Source: Peptococcaceae bacterium (GTDB taxonomy: Bacteria > Bacillota > Peptococcia > DRI-13 > UBA5745). Taken from it: a DNA stretch of 44,509 bases. The stretch is from positions 1 to 44,509 of the forward strand of contig JAISDE010000061.1 of the NCBI GenBank assembly GCA_031265035.1. Reading direction: 5' to 3'. The notes below the pieces were generated by a model. It saw nothing but the letters and a program-made list of their open reading frames with translations, was not told the origin of the DNA and did no database searches. Of this stretch, positions 6,835 to 18,700 are shown piece after piece (the first letter of the stretch is position 1; every line of letters starts with the position of its first letter). A program made the position numbers and the translations under genes.

Positions 6835-8823
6835 ATGACTAATAAACATAACGCGAAGGCCCGCTTTCCGCTCACCTTGCTCGCCATCCTGCTTATATCC
6901 GGAGCGGCGTTTTACGCCGTTTCCGTCCCCCGCCATATGGGGGCGGTGGCGGCGGTGGGTGGCGTTCTCGACCTCACAGACGCGGACTTTGACAGCCTGA
7001 TCTACCCCCTTGACGGCGAGTGGGAGTTTTACTTTGGTCATCTTTACATGCCGGAAGACTTTACGGCGGGCTCGCCGCCTGGAGGAACATTCATCGCCGC
7101 GCCGCCCTCGTGGACGAGCGCGGGCTATCCCGCGCGAGGACACGCCACCTACCGCCTGACGCTCAAAACAGCGCGGGACACGCCGCTTATGCTCCATATC
7201 CCCGAAATCATGACGGCCGCCATTGTTTACATCAATGGCGAAAAAGTCCATGAGGCCGGGGGATTGGGTGTCAGCGGCGAGTTTCAAATAGCTCTGCGCA
7301 ATGATTTTATCAGCTTTACGCCACGGAGCGGCGAAACGGAGATCGTCGCGCAAGCCGCCCGTTATCTGGCGGACGGGCGGGGCGGCCTGAATTACAGCGT
7401 CCATGTAGGCTCGGAGAGCCTTATGCTCAAGGACGCCATGCTGCGCCGCGCGCTGCTGGCCGCCGCGATAGGCATGATACTGATGATGGCTCTCTATCAT
7501 CTCGCGCTGTTTCTGTTCAATCGCCGGGAATTTACCTATCTGTGGTATGTTCTGTATGTCCTGGTTACCGCCTCGCGGATGGCGATGGAAACCAACGGGC
7601 TTGTTCAGCTTTTGGCGCCGGGCGGCGTTACCGACCTTCTGTTTCGCGTGTATATGTCCTGCTTCGCCGGGCAGCTGCTGTTTTTGACGCTCTTTACCCT
7701 GGCGGCGTTTCAGATGCCCTATTGGCCCCGGGAGAAGCGTTGGCGCGTCGTGTACCTGGTGAGCGGCGCCATCTTCGCGGCGAACTTTTTGGTTTACCTC
7801 TCCCAGCCCGTCGCCCAAAGCTATTTGCCCACTGTTTCCTTAATACCTCTCGCTGTTGTAACCGCCGCCGCCGGTCGGCGGCTGTGGGTAAAGCGGGAAG
7901 AATACGCCGGTCGGTTTAGGGGCTTGTATATAATAGCCTTGCTGTTTTTCCTGGTTTGGGGGACGTTGGCGAAAGGGCTGGGGGATAATGCCCTGTTTGT
8001 TCCCGCCGTGTTATCTAACCTTTTTATGGCGATGGCCCAGGCCGTCATGCTGTCCCAAACCTATGCCGACGCTCTGGCGAAGGAGCAGTTCCTGCTCGCC
8101 GACAACGCCGCTCTGGAGCGGGTGAATCGGCTCAAAACGGATTTGATGAACACCATATCCCATGAGATGCGGACGCCGCTGGCGGTGATGTCGGGTTACA
8201 CCGAGCTGATCTCCCGGGAGCTGAAAAAATCCGGGGCTGACCCGCGAACCGTCCGGGATCTCGACGCGATCACGTCGGAAGCGGAGCGGCTGGCCAATAT
8301 GGTGTCCAATACGCGAGAACTGACTCTCGCCCGGGACGAGCCGGCCCGCCAAGCGCCGCTGTCGCCGGGGGGCGTAATTGAGCAAGTCGCTCGCCTATAC
8401 CGCCCCATGATGGAACGCCAAGGAACCGCGCTGACCGTTGGGATTGAGGACGGTTTGCCGGATATTTTCGGCAGCCCGGCGGAAATCACCCAGGTGCTTT
8501 TCAATCTCCTGTCCAACGCCGGAAAATACGCCGAGAGCGCGGCAGTCGCCGTTGAGGCGCGGCGGGTGGGGGATGATATTGAGATCACCGTCGCCGACAC
8601 GGGCAAAGGCATAGCGCCCGATTTCCTGCCCCGGGCCTTCGAGCGCTATCAAAGCGGCGAGAGCGGCGGCACCGGGGTAGGCCTCGCCGTCTGCAAAGAA
8701 ATCGCGGAGAGTCACGGGGGCAGTATCGCTCTGGAAAGCGAGCTTGGCAAAGGAACGACGGCGCGGGTTCGACTCCCCATGTATAAAAGTAGTGATGATA
8801 AAGGTGGCGACGCCGGTGCCTGA
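6835..8823 (+). CDS. sensor histidine kinase with 7TMR-DISMED2-like extracellular domain and 7TM module
   Basis: Start at ATG 6835 (AAGGAGG 6819-6825, 9-nt spacer; MTNKHNAKARFPLTLLAILLISG signal/TM). LDGEWEFYFGHLYMPEDF is typical of 7TMR-DISMED2. Multiple hydrophobic helices follow. H-box ISHEMRTPL, N-box LLSNAGKYA, G-boxes DTGKGI and GTGVGLAV. Confidence 0.9.
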   Translation: MTNKHNAKARFPLTLLAILLISGAAFYAVSVPRHMGAVAAVGGVLDLTDADFDSLIYPLDGEWEFYFGHLYMPEDFTAGSPPGGTFIAAPPSWTSAGYPARGHATYRLTLKTARDTPLMLHIPEIMTAAIVYINGEKVHEAGGLGVSGEFQIALRNDFISFTPRSGETEIVAQAARYLADGRGGLNYSVHVGSESLMLKDAMLRRALLAAAIGMILMMALYHLALFLFNRREFTYLWYVLYVLVTASRMAMETNGLVQLLAPGGVTDLLFRVYMSCFAGQLLFLTLFTLAAFQMPYWPREKRWRVVYLVSGAIFAANFLVYLSQPVAQSYLPTVSLIPLAVVTAAAGRRLWVKREEYAGRFRGLYIIALLFFLVWGTLAKGLGDNALFVPAVLSNLFMAMAQAVMLSQTYADALAKEQFLLADNAALERVNRLKTDLMNTISHEMRTPLAVMSGYTELISRELKKSGADPRTVRDLDAITSEAERLANMVSNTRELTLARDEPARQAPLSPGGVIEQVARLYRPMMERQGTALTVGIEDGLPDIFGSPAEITQVLFNLLSNAGKYAESAAVAVEARRVGDDIEITVADTGKGIAPDFLPRAFERYQSGESGGTGVGLAVCKEIAESHGGSIALESELGKGTTARVRLPMYKSSDDKGGDAGA

Positions 8824-9544
8824 CAAAAATTTGATTTTGCTGGTCGAGGATAATAAACACCTCAACGAGATCAACCGCCGCAACCTACGATCGGCGGGCT
8901 ATGAGGTGCTGACGGCGCTGAGTCTGGCCCGGGCGCGGGAATGTTTGCGGGATCACAGCCCGGACGTGATCTTGTTGGATGTGTTCCTGCCGGACGGCAG
9001 CGGCATGGATTTTTGCCGCGAGATTCGCGGGCGAACCTCGGCGCATATTCTATTCCTGACCTCGCTGGATGAGCACAACGAAAAAATCAAGGGTCTGGAT
9101 ATGGGCGGCGACGATTATATCACCAAGCCATACAGGCTGGATGAGCTGCTCTCCCGGGTGGGCGCGGCGATACGCCGCCGGGGGATGGGGGAGGCCAATC
9201 CCGCCGCCGAGACCGTCAAGCGAGGCGCGCTCACCCTCAATATAGTCCTGAAACGGGCCTATCTGGGCGAGGCCGATATGTCGCTAGCCCCGAAAGAGTT
9301 TGAGTTGTTGTATCTTTTCGCGAAAAACGAGGGTAAAATCCTGACCGCCGACGCGATCTATAAAGCGGTCTGGGTACAGCCTGGCATCGGCGACGCCAAC
9401 GCTCTGCGGGTCGCGGTATCAAGGCTACGCAAGAAGCTGGGTTCTGAGGAAAACGGCGGGTTTATCATTGAGTCCGTTCGGAACGAGGGTTATCTTTTTA
9501 CCGCCCCGTCCTGGCCGCCCGGGAATTTCCCGCAAGAAAATTAG
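8795..9544 (+). CDS. OmpR/PhoB-family response regulator
   Basis: Receiver domain (LILLVEDN, DVILLDVFLPDGSG, ITKPY) plus winged-helix Trans_reg_C (LRVAVSRLRKKL...VRNEGYLF). It overlaps the kinase 3' end. The start is ambiguous between ATG 8795 and GTG 8804. Confidence 0.9.
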   Translation: MIKVATPVPDKNLILLVEDNKHLNEINRRNLRSAGYEVLTALSLARARECLRDHSPDVILLDVFLPDGSGMDFCREIRGRTSAHILFLTSLDEHNEKIKGLDMGGDDYITKPYRLDELLSRVGAAIRRRGMGEANPAAETVKRGALTLNIVLKRAYLGEADMSLAPKEFELLYLFAKNEGKILTADAIYKAVWVQPGIGDANALRVAVSRLRKKLGSEENGGFIIESVRNEGYLFTAPSWPPGNFPQEN

Positions 9545-9590
9545 CGTCCGGAAAATTAGCGCAAGAAAATTAACGTCCGGGAATTTCCCG
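9518..9590. promoter_or_regulatory. repeat cluster between the regulator gene and the giant surface-protein gene
   Basis: GCAAGAAAATTAGCGTCCGG (9532-9551) and GCAAGAAAATTAACGTCCGG (9561-9580) are 29 bp apart. GAAAATTARCG occurs 3x, starting at 9536, 9551 and 9565. Near-palindromic CCGGGAATTTCCCG brackets both ends. Confidence 0.6.
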
Positions 9591-9736
9591 GGAAATATTA
9601 CAATTTGGAAATGTTCCCCCTTTCTTTGTTTTTCTCATGCTAAAATCAGGATGATTTTGCCGGCGATCCTCGCGTACGGGGCGCCGGCAAGCGCCGGAAA
9701 AAGTTGAGGAAACCGCAAAAAAGGGGGTTCACAAAA

Positions 9737-12700
9737 ATGAGGAATCACAAAAAGCATCAAACCATATCCCGCCTGTTGTCATGGCTGCTTATCTCGGCCA
9801 TGACGCTGACGCTGCTACCGCTTCAAGGCTTCGCGGCGGCAGGGGAGCGGCCCTCCGATTCGCCGGGAAACGGCGGCGTGACGGATTCGATCTATCAGGT
9901 GGCCGAGGATAGCCTGGCGATGGCTGAGTTGCTCTCCCGCATCGGGCTTATGTCCGCGGACAAGGGCAATACGGCCCAGAGCGACGACCTCTATATCATT
10001 GACGGCCGCCGCTACAAGGTGATCTACAACGATTATATCGCCTGTTATGTCGAGGCGGCGACCGGCGGTTACACCATTTTGCCCACCGCGATCGGGCTGA
10101 CCTCGCCCTCGGCCCTGGGCATAAGCCTGGCGGACTCCCTTGGCGGGGCGGTGTTCAATATTGACGGCGGGGAATACGTTTTCGGCGGGGATTACCCGGC
10201 GAAAAACTCCTATCTGTTTCGGCCCGAGGTGCGGGGCGACATGCTTGTGACCCACTGGAACCTCGGCGATTATATCATTTCCCAGTATCAGGCCATTACA
10301 CAGGATGTGAGCCGGGAAAACTCTTACGCGGTCAAGGTGGCCTACGCCGCCGAGTATTTCGGCCCGTCGGATACGCCCTCCGAGATTTCCGGCCGGCTGA
10401 TTCTGCCCGCTCGCCTGGGCGACGACGGGAAAGCCCCGCTCGTCACCGGCGACGGCGGCCTTTTGCTGGGCGGCACGGTGCTGGCGCCGGTGCCCGACGA
10501 AATCTGGATGAATGGCGGGGACGGCCCGCGGACCTTCTTTGTCCTGAACGAGCACCAAAGCGATCTGCCCGCGCCGGAGCGTATGGCGCTGGGCGACAGG
10601 GCGGAACTGCTGGCCGGCGGGGAACCGGAGCAGTTCGCGGAGCTGAGTGACCCCGCCGCGTCCTTTACCTTCGCGCCCCGGACGCTGATAATACCTAAGG
10701 AAGGCGCGGCAGATCTCAATTCCAATCTTTGCGCCTTTTTGGTCAACTACGGTTACTACAATCTGATCCCGGCGGAATTGAGCCTGACGGTGGACGAGGC
10801 AGCCGCGCGGGAAAGCGCGGCGCTCTCCGAGTTGACGCTGGGTCTTTTGGCGGCGGGTGAAACCGCGTCGCTGTATTTCGATATATACGCGAATTATGCC
10901 GACAAAAATCCTGTCCCGGGCATGGACGCCAATGAGGCGGTCAAGCTGACCGACCTGACCTGGCAGCGCCCCGACGACGAGAACCCCACCCGCGTCAGTG
11001 TTTCCGGCGAGGGACTGCGTTCGGGTACGCTCGCCACAACTCAGCAGACGTTTGACATACCCACCGGCGCGACCGTCCGTTTCGGGGTGGATTGGGTCAG
11101 CCCGGGCGACGGGGAGCGCCTTGACCTCGGGGTGAATCAGAATTATCACTGGCCGTCCGGGTCGGAAGGAAACACGGAATTTCGCGCCCTCGCGCCGGAC
11201 GCCGACGGCATGTACGAGTTTGTGATGCAGTCTGCCGCCGACGAGGCCACGGTGGAATTTCGCGTCGCGCCCAAGCCCGGTTACGCGGCGCTGAACTGGA
11301 ACCATGCCGCGGTCTACTGGTCTCCCGTCCCGGTGACGGTATCGGATTGGAACCCGTCCCGCTTCGCGGTGGCGCCCGGGGAAACCGTAAGCATGACGCT
11401 GAACGGCGATGTGCCCTTCTATCTGTACGACGCCGCCGCCTCGCCGGAGCATTATCCCGGGCTGTATTACTACAAGACCGGCGACGACCACTATGACCCC
11501 GCCGCCGCTGTCGCCTTTGACAGTGCCCAGGCGCGTTACCCCGACGAGTACGGCGTTTTGCCGCTTTCGTTCACCGTGCCGAATGCGCAGGGTATCACGG
11601 AAGTCGGCATCGACTGGTACCCGGAAGAATCTGACTATCATAACACCAACTACGGCAACTGGCGTTACGCCTCCGTCAGCGTGATTCCCCGGGACGCGGT
11701 GGCGGGCGGGCTGCTGAGCCTGTCGGGCGGCAGCTGGATGAACGGCATCTTCCGAGCGGCCTCCGGCACGACCATTACCGTTGCCGTACCGACCTTGGCG
11801 AACGGCTATGACGCGAACAGCACCTATCTGTCGGTGTTCGACACGTATTTCGGGGAGGCCGTGGCCATATCCTACGGTTCAAGCCCGACGACTACAGACG
11901 AGCCTGTTTCCCTGCAAACTCTCAACAGCGCTAGCGCCGGCGTCGTCACGTTCACCATGCCGGATTCCGACGTGGCGGTACGTCTGGCGGCGGCGACCTA
12001 TCCCAATGTGCTCACCGAGGTAAAGTACACGAACAGCAGCGACACTGCCATCAGCCTAGCCGACTATGACGGCCCCAAGGTCGCCGTGACCCTGCTGCCG
12101 GATCCGGCGTCAACCAACGAGACCGTCGCCCTGCGCTTGGAGCATCTGCTGGAAGGCGGCGGCGAGCCCTTTGATCTAGGCGCGACGACAGTCGCGATAA
12201 CAAAAAATGGCGAAACCAATACAACAATCACACCCGTGACGAATCTCGCGGGACGGGAGTATTCCTTTACCATGCCCGCCTACGACGTCAAAGTCACCGT
12301 GACCATGAAGCAGGCGGCGGAGCCTACGCCCGTACACACCCTGTCCACCCGTCCGCTGGTGGAGGGCGGCGAGATTCGCGGCGGCATTTGGGCGCGGGAA
12401 CAGTATACGACGCAGTCCGAGCGCCCCGCGTTCGCTCAGGACGGTACCTCGGCGCGAATCCCCCAGGGCGCGACGGTGGAATACTACGCCTACGAGCCGG
12501 ATTATACCGACACATGGGTGATCGACGCGGTGTATCTCGCTCGGGCCGACGACCCGGAGTTGAAGCCGATAAGCAGCTATAATTTGGAGCCGGGCTACGC
12601 CAGCGGCGGCGGGGGCCAAGGTTCCATCACCTACCGTACTTTCACCATGCCAAACTACGATGCGGTGATCGTGGTGCGGGGCGGCAACTATCCCTACCCG

Positions 12701-15700
12701 GTAAAAACCGAATCCGTCTACGTGGTGGGCAGCGAGGTGACGGGGGGCGACTACCTGAACGCCCCCTACCACCCCTTGACGAACAATTATGTCGCGGCCT
12801 ACGGTAAGGAGTTTACGTTAGCTAACGCCGGAACCCTCGCGCCCATTGACGCCATCATGCCCGGCGAGGCGGTGTATGTGGACGCCAAGCTGATTGCTGG
12901 TTACTACCTGAAAGAGGTTTGGCTGCTCATGGAGGGCTGGGCGCCCCGGAAATTGGATTTGACGCCGAACTATTCCATCGGATGGCATTATACGGGCGGC
13001 TTTCTCATGTCCGGCATAGGGCGGGGCGCGACAGTGCGCGCGATCTACGAAATAATCAATCCCGTAAAAATCACCTACACCCTGCCCGCCAACAGCGCCG
13101 GCCTGCGCCTTGACGAAGGCGGCCCGGTACGGTACCGGACGGCCAACGCGGAGCAGGATCCCTATACAGGCCAGGTCACAGGCGGCACATACTTCGCGCA
13201 AGATATCGTCTACCTCTACAACGATAATCCCTATGAACGGGCTTACAAGCTGCGGGAGGGAACGAACATAGATCTGGGCGGCGGCGTCAAGGCTGATATT
13301 ACCAGGAATGACTACATCGGCTGCGTCGGCTACGACGTGCGGCTCACCTGGCCCACAAGCGGCGGGTTTCCGGCCAATATCCCAATCCCCATTGAGGGTC
13401 AGGATGTGGATTTCAAGCCGGCCCGTTTCGACAGCGCCGTCCCCAACCACACCAACCCGGAGAAATTCGAGAGCGTCACTGTATCCGGCCAATTCAGCGC
13501 CGAGACGATTGAGACGGGCGAGATCCATCTGGTGGTCTACGAGCCGAGCGGCGCCTACGTCAGCGGCGCCTCGCCTATTCTGAATACCTACAAAATCGAT
13601 TGGACGAAGGCGGGAGGCGCCATCACCCCCGCTGCCGGGGATGAGCCGGCGACCCTGACGCTGAACCTGAAAGCTTCCGGCGCCATAATAGGCGGTCCGC
13701 CCGCTTTCAGCGAGATGGGGGCGACGGATGTATACGAGAACGGCTCCCTTGTCGGCACAAAACCCAATACCAAACGGGCCTGGGGCATACAGGTCGGCTA
13801 CCGGCCCCTGTTCACCTCAAATGCCGGGGCGGGTGTGGAATACGGCACAGGCGGCAAGGCCATCCTCGCCTTCAACCTGCACGCGGCCGAGGTCAATTAC
13901 GCCGCGCCGCCCAAGTATTACATGAGCATTGCGCGGGACGACTGGGGCAATTACGCCATGAAGGTGGGCGCGACGGAAGCGGAAGCCCGGGGCAACGGGA
14001 GCTATCCCACTACCGTGCTGACCTTTTACAACGAAAAGGGCTTTTTCGCCGACGATCCCGCCAACCCGGCCACGGTGCAAATCTCCGACGAGGGCGCCCA
14101 GAAGGTCAGCTTCAACGGCGCCATGTTCCTGGAAACCTACGGCCTGGGCACGCTGAAATTCACCAAAGACAGCGCGGGCGTCCATATGGAAGCCGAGAAT
14201 ATGCGGCTGCAAGCCCTGAACACGCCTATCTTTGTCCCCAGCTACATGTTCGCCGAAAGCCGCACACTGATGATGCATATGTATAACGGCTGGTGGTACT
14301 CGCTCAACCCCAAAAGCTCCGAAGAGCCTATAACCTTCGCGCCCTGGGGCGACATCAGCATGGAGATCGCGGGCTGGACGGGCTTCGCGGCCGGCATTGA
14401 CGAAATAAAGGTGACAAAAAACACCATCAATATCAAGGGCGGCCTGTGGATGACCTGGCCCTTTGCCCAAGAGCCTTTCGGCGGTTTCGGCGTGGAGCGC
14501 CTGGAGCTGGAAATCAACAGCGGACAGGAGTATTTCGCGAAGTTTCGCGGCATTGAGGCGGAGGGCAAAATGGAGTTGCCCCAGCTCTACATTATCGGCG
14601 GCAGCGCCTACGCCCGGATCAACACCTTTGAGAACGATTATTACTTTGAGACGGAGGCTTCGCTGGGGCCGGCCAGCCTGGGCGGCTTCCTGCACCTGAA
14701 GGAATCAGAGCGGCTGGGCATCTGGCTGCCCAACAGCTTCTACTTCGACGTCGATCTCGGCGAAGTGGGCGTGCCCCTGGTGCCCCCCGCCATTGTGGCC
14801 TGGATCACCGGCGTTTCCGGCGGCATCAGCAATATGGTGGACACCATCGACTATGACTGGCGCGCCACCTTTTTTCCGCCAATTACGGTCACGATAGGAG
14901 CCCACTTCAAGCTGGTGCAGCTTTTGAGCTTCCACGCGGAAATCACCAGCGGCTTCTACAGCATGGTAGGCACGCTGACCGGCAGCGTGGAAATCGGCAA
15001 GGTCGGCGTTGACATCCTGGACTACCTGACCTTTGAGTTCGGCCTGTTCAACGAGCCGAAACGGGCGGACTCCAACTGCTCCCGGGTCTTTGCCAAGATC
15101 GGCGTACACGTCGGCCTGGCCCTGTCCAACCAATATGTGAAGGATATCATCAAAGGACAGCTGGGCGGCGCTTTCGGGCTGAAATTCGACAACCCCCTGC
15201 AAACGGGCTGGGACGCCATAATCTCCTATATGGAGGATCAAAGTACGAAGCTCTCCGTGACGGATCTAATCAATAAGTTTGCCCTGGAATACGCCGGCTA
15301 CGCCTACGGCGGCGTGGAGGTCTACTTCCCGCAAATCCTGGTTTTCGGGCCTTTCCATCTTGCCAGCGTATACGCGCATATGAATTTCAGCGTCAAGCTC
15401 AACATCCAGCCCGAAGGCATGTTTGCCTCCCAGGGCTGGGTGGCGGGCCGCGCCCAGTTGCTGGAAGATCTGCGGGGCTGGTTCGCCTACAATATGGGGA
15501 ACGAATATTTGGCTTTCGGCCACGGCGACCTGCCGGACAACTACGCGAATCTGGCCGGTATCACTACGTACAGCATGGCGGCGATGTCCATGTCGGCCTC
15601 GTCCGGCGCGGCGAAGGAATTGGGCGAAGGTCTGCGGGTGCTGGCGGATACGGAAAGCGCCGGCGCCTGGTCGCCGGCGCCGGATGCCGGATCCCTCTCC

Positions 15701-18700
15701 CTGTTCGCGGCCGGGTCGGACGCGGCCGGCGTCAAGATATACAGCGGCAAGGAAGGCGATATTTTTACCCGGCGCTTCACCCTGCCCGCGGGCAGCGCGG
15801 ATTACTTCCTGGCCCTCCGTCAGCTTGAGTCGGGCACCGCGGACGCCGCGGGCGCCGATACCGTCGCTGACGCGGATCTGCGGCTTTACGCCCCGAATGG
15901 CGCGGAAATCACCCTGAACGTGTGGGACGCGGAGGATACCGTCACCGAAAACGACGCCCGTTTCGTCTACAACACCCTCGCGGGCAGGGATGATAGCGGC
16001 AACAGGACGTGGCTCATCGCCCTGCCGGAGGATACAGGCGTGGTGGGCGCGGGTGAGTGGACGCTACGATCCAGCCGCGACGTGTCCGCGCAGCTCTGGC
16101 AGCAGGACGCGATGCCCGGCATCGGCGGCGTCGCCCTGAGCGGCGGAGCGAGCGCGAACGGGGGAGTGAGCCTCAACAAAGGTACGCTTACGATTGACCT
16201 GGAAAACCTCAAACCGGAAGGCAGCGGGAACGGACAGCAGAATTACCAATATTCCATAGACTTGGTGCGCCGGGCCGCCCCCGACGGTGAAGCCCTGGCC
16301 ACTATAAATGTGCCGCTGGGTAAAATAAATTCAGACAGTGTCGCCGGAAATGACCAGGAAGGTAATACGTCAATGGTCGGCGACTACTACGGCGACGTGG
16401 CGCAGGGCGGTAGCAGCGGCAACGGTAGCGGCTACGAATCCAAAACCCTCACGGCAGCGCTGAGCGCCGCCATGTTCCCTGATGACGCGACACCCGGCGA
16501 TTACTACCCCGAGGTAGTGCTCTACCGTTATTACGGCACGGATGCCGAGGGCGAGGCCCTGCGTATGCCCCTGGACCGGGCGCCGGGCTACGAGCCGGTC
16601 AAAGTGACGAACGGCACCTTCGCGGACGTGACTGTGGGCAGCCTGACGGCTGTGGCCGGCCAGAACCAAAGCATAGAGGTGACCTTTGAGGGCGTTTCAA
16701 AAGATAGTGATTACGCAGACTTGGAATCTGCGGGTTATCTGATTACAGGCTACACAGTCGCCGCTTACGGCGGGGACGGGCTGCCCGCCCAGGCCATGCC
16801 CGCCAACCCCTCCGCCGGCGGGGGCAGCCTGAAAGGGCAGCCCGCGGATGGCGGCCCGGCGGCGGGGCCCGGCTATGTCGCCACCGGGCTAACGCTCTCC
16901 TACGACAGCGACGGCGATCTGCCCGCCCTGCCCGCCGGCGCGGACGACAGCCACACCGCGATCCTCACCGGGCTGACGCCGGGGCAATACACCGCGGGCG
17001 TCACGCCCATCTTCGCCGCCCAAGCGAACATCGCCGTACAGAGCAACGGCGTTGAGACGAGAACCTCCGGCGCTGTATCGGTCATAAAAGCGGTCGCGCC
17101 GGCGCTGACGCTGAGTCTCGCGGGCGGCGTCATCAGGGACGGCGACGGCAGTAGCAAGGTTCTCTGCGTCAGCCCCGGTTTTGAGCTGACGGTCAGCACA
17201 GCCGCCAACGCGGACATCAGCGTAATCCGCTACCGGGACAAAGAGGAAATGGCGGCGGCGACGAACGCGACATCACTCGCGCTGTCCGCGGCAACCTATT
17301 TCGGCAAAAACAGCGCGACCGTGAATGGCCAGCAGATCATCGGCGGCTATGAGACCCTGATGATCACCGCCGTGGACAGCGCCACGCTGGGCAGTGTCAA
17401 CCAAGTCGTCACCCTTGTGCCGGATTTGACGCCGCCCACGCTGATTGTGGACAATCTGGCGGGGGACGCGCGGGTCGTCGCCACCACAGACAGCAGTTTC
17501 ACCATCCAAGGGCGCACCCAGCCCGGCCTGACCGCCAGTTTGCTGAACGCCGGGGCGCCGATGTCGGCGACGTCGGACGACGCGGGGCGCTTCTCACTGA
17601 ACGGTACTCTGCCCCAGGACAGCGACGGGCAAATCGCGGTCGCCGTCATGGGGGCTTCCGGGCTTACGGCGTCGCAGACGCTGAAAGTCGAGCAGGTCAG
17701 CGCGGCGGACTTCACGGCCCTGGAATTGACCCCGGCGGGTACGCTTGCCATGACACAGGGCGACACGCTGGCCTTGACGGTGCTGGGCGCGAGAGCGGAC
17801 GGCAGTAAAATCAGCCTGTCCCCTGACAGCCTGACCTTTACCGCGGCCGGTTCCGTGACGGTCGACCCGGGCGGTGTGTTGACAGTCATCGGCGCCGGCG
17901 CGGGAACAGTCGCCGCCCGGTTGGGCGCTCTGCAATCTAATACTCTGCAGATTCAGGCCCAGGCCCTGGCGGGCGGCGACAGCGGGACGCCCACTCCCGG
18001 CTCCGGCCGCTCAGGCGGCGGCGGCGCCGGGGCGGCCACCACTAACCGCCCGCGCGGCTATATCATCACAACCCCGGACGGCAAGTCCGCCGTGACGGGA
18101 GCGGACGGCACTATCACCCTGCCGGGGGGCGGCGGGATCAAAACGCCGGCGGGCCTGACCGTCACCGCGCCGGCGGGCACGACCATAACGCTGAACGACG
18201 TAGTGACGCCGCCTCGATCGGCCGCCCTGTCGGTAACGCTGCCCTCCGGTTTGGCGCTGAATATCAGGCAAGGGACAGCCATCATCCTTGATGAGAGCGT
18301 CCCGCTGGGCTACCTGGCGGTCTTTGAGAATCAGTTCGCCGATGTGAGAGCGGGCAACTGGTTCTTTGACGATGTGGGCTTCGCCTATACCAACGGCCTG
18401 TTCGCCGGCACGGGGGCGGCCGCGTTCAGCCCCAACGCGCCTATGACCCGGGGCATGCTCGTCACCGTATTGGGCAGGCTTCACGGCATCGACACCAGCG
18501 GCCTCAAAAACGGTACATTCAGCGATGTGGACGCCGCCGCGTACTACGCCGCCTATGTTGAGTGGGCCCGGGAGGCCGGCGTCGTGAGCGGCGTGGGCGG
18601 CAACAATTTCGCCCCGGGCGCCCCGATTTCCCGGCAGGATTTGGCGGTCATCCTCCACAACTACATGCGGTTCGCGGACAAAGAGCTTCCAAGGAAACGG

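Noticed and set aside
9815-11641. 608-aa minus-strand ORF. Similar long antisense ORFs are 6796..7818, 12818..13528, 13817..14695, 18011..18658, 23662..24624, 27640..28701 and 31786..33567.
   Set aside because: All lie opposite strongly supported genes in GC-rich DNA. They are Arg/Gly/Pro/His-rich, lack SDs and lack motifs, so they are typical high-GC shadow ORFs.
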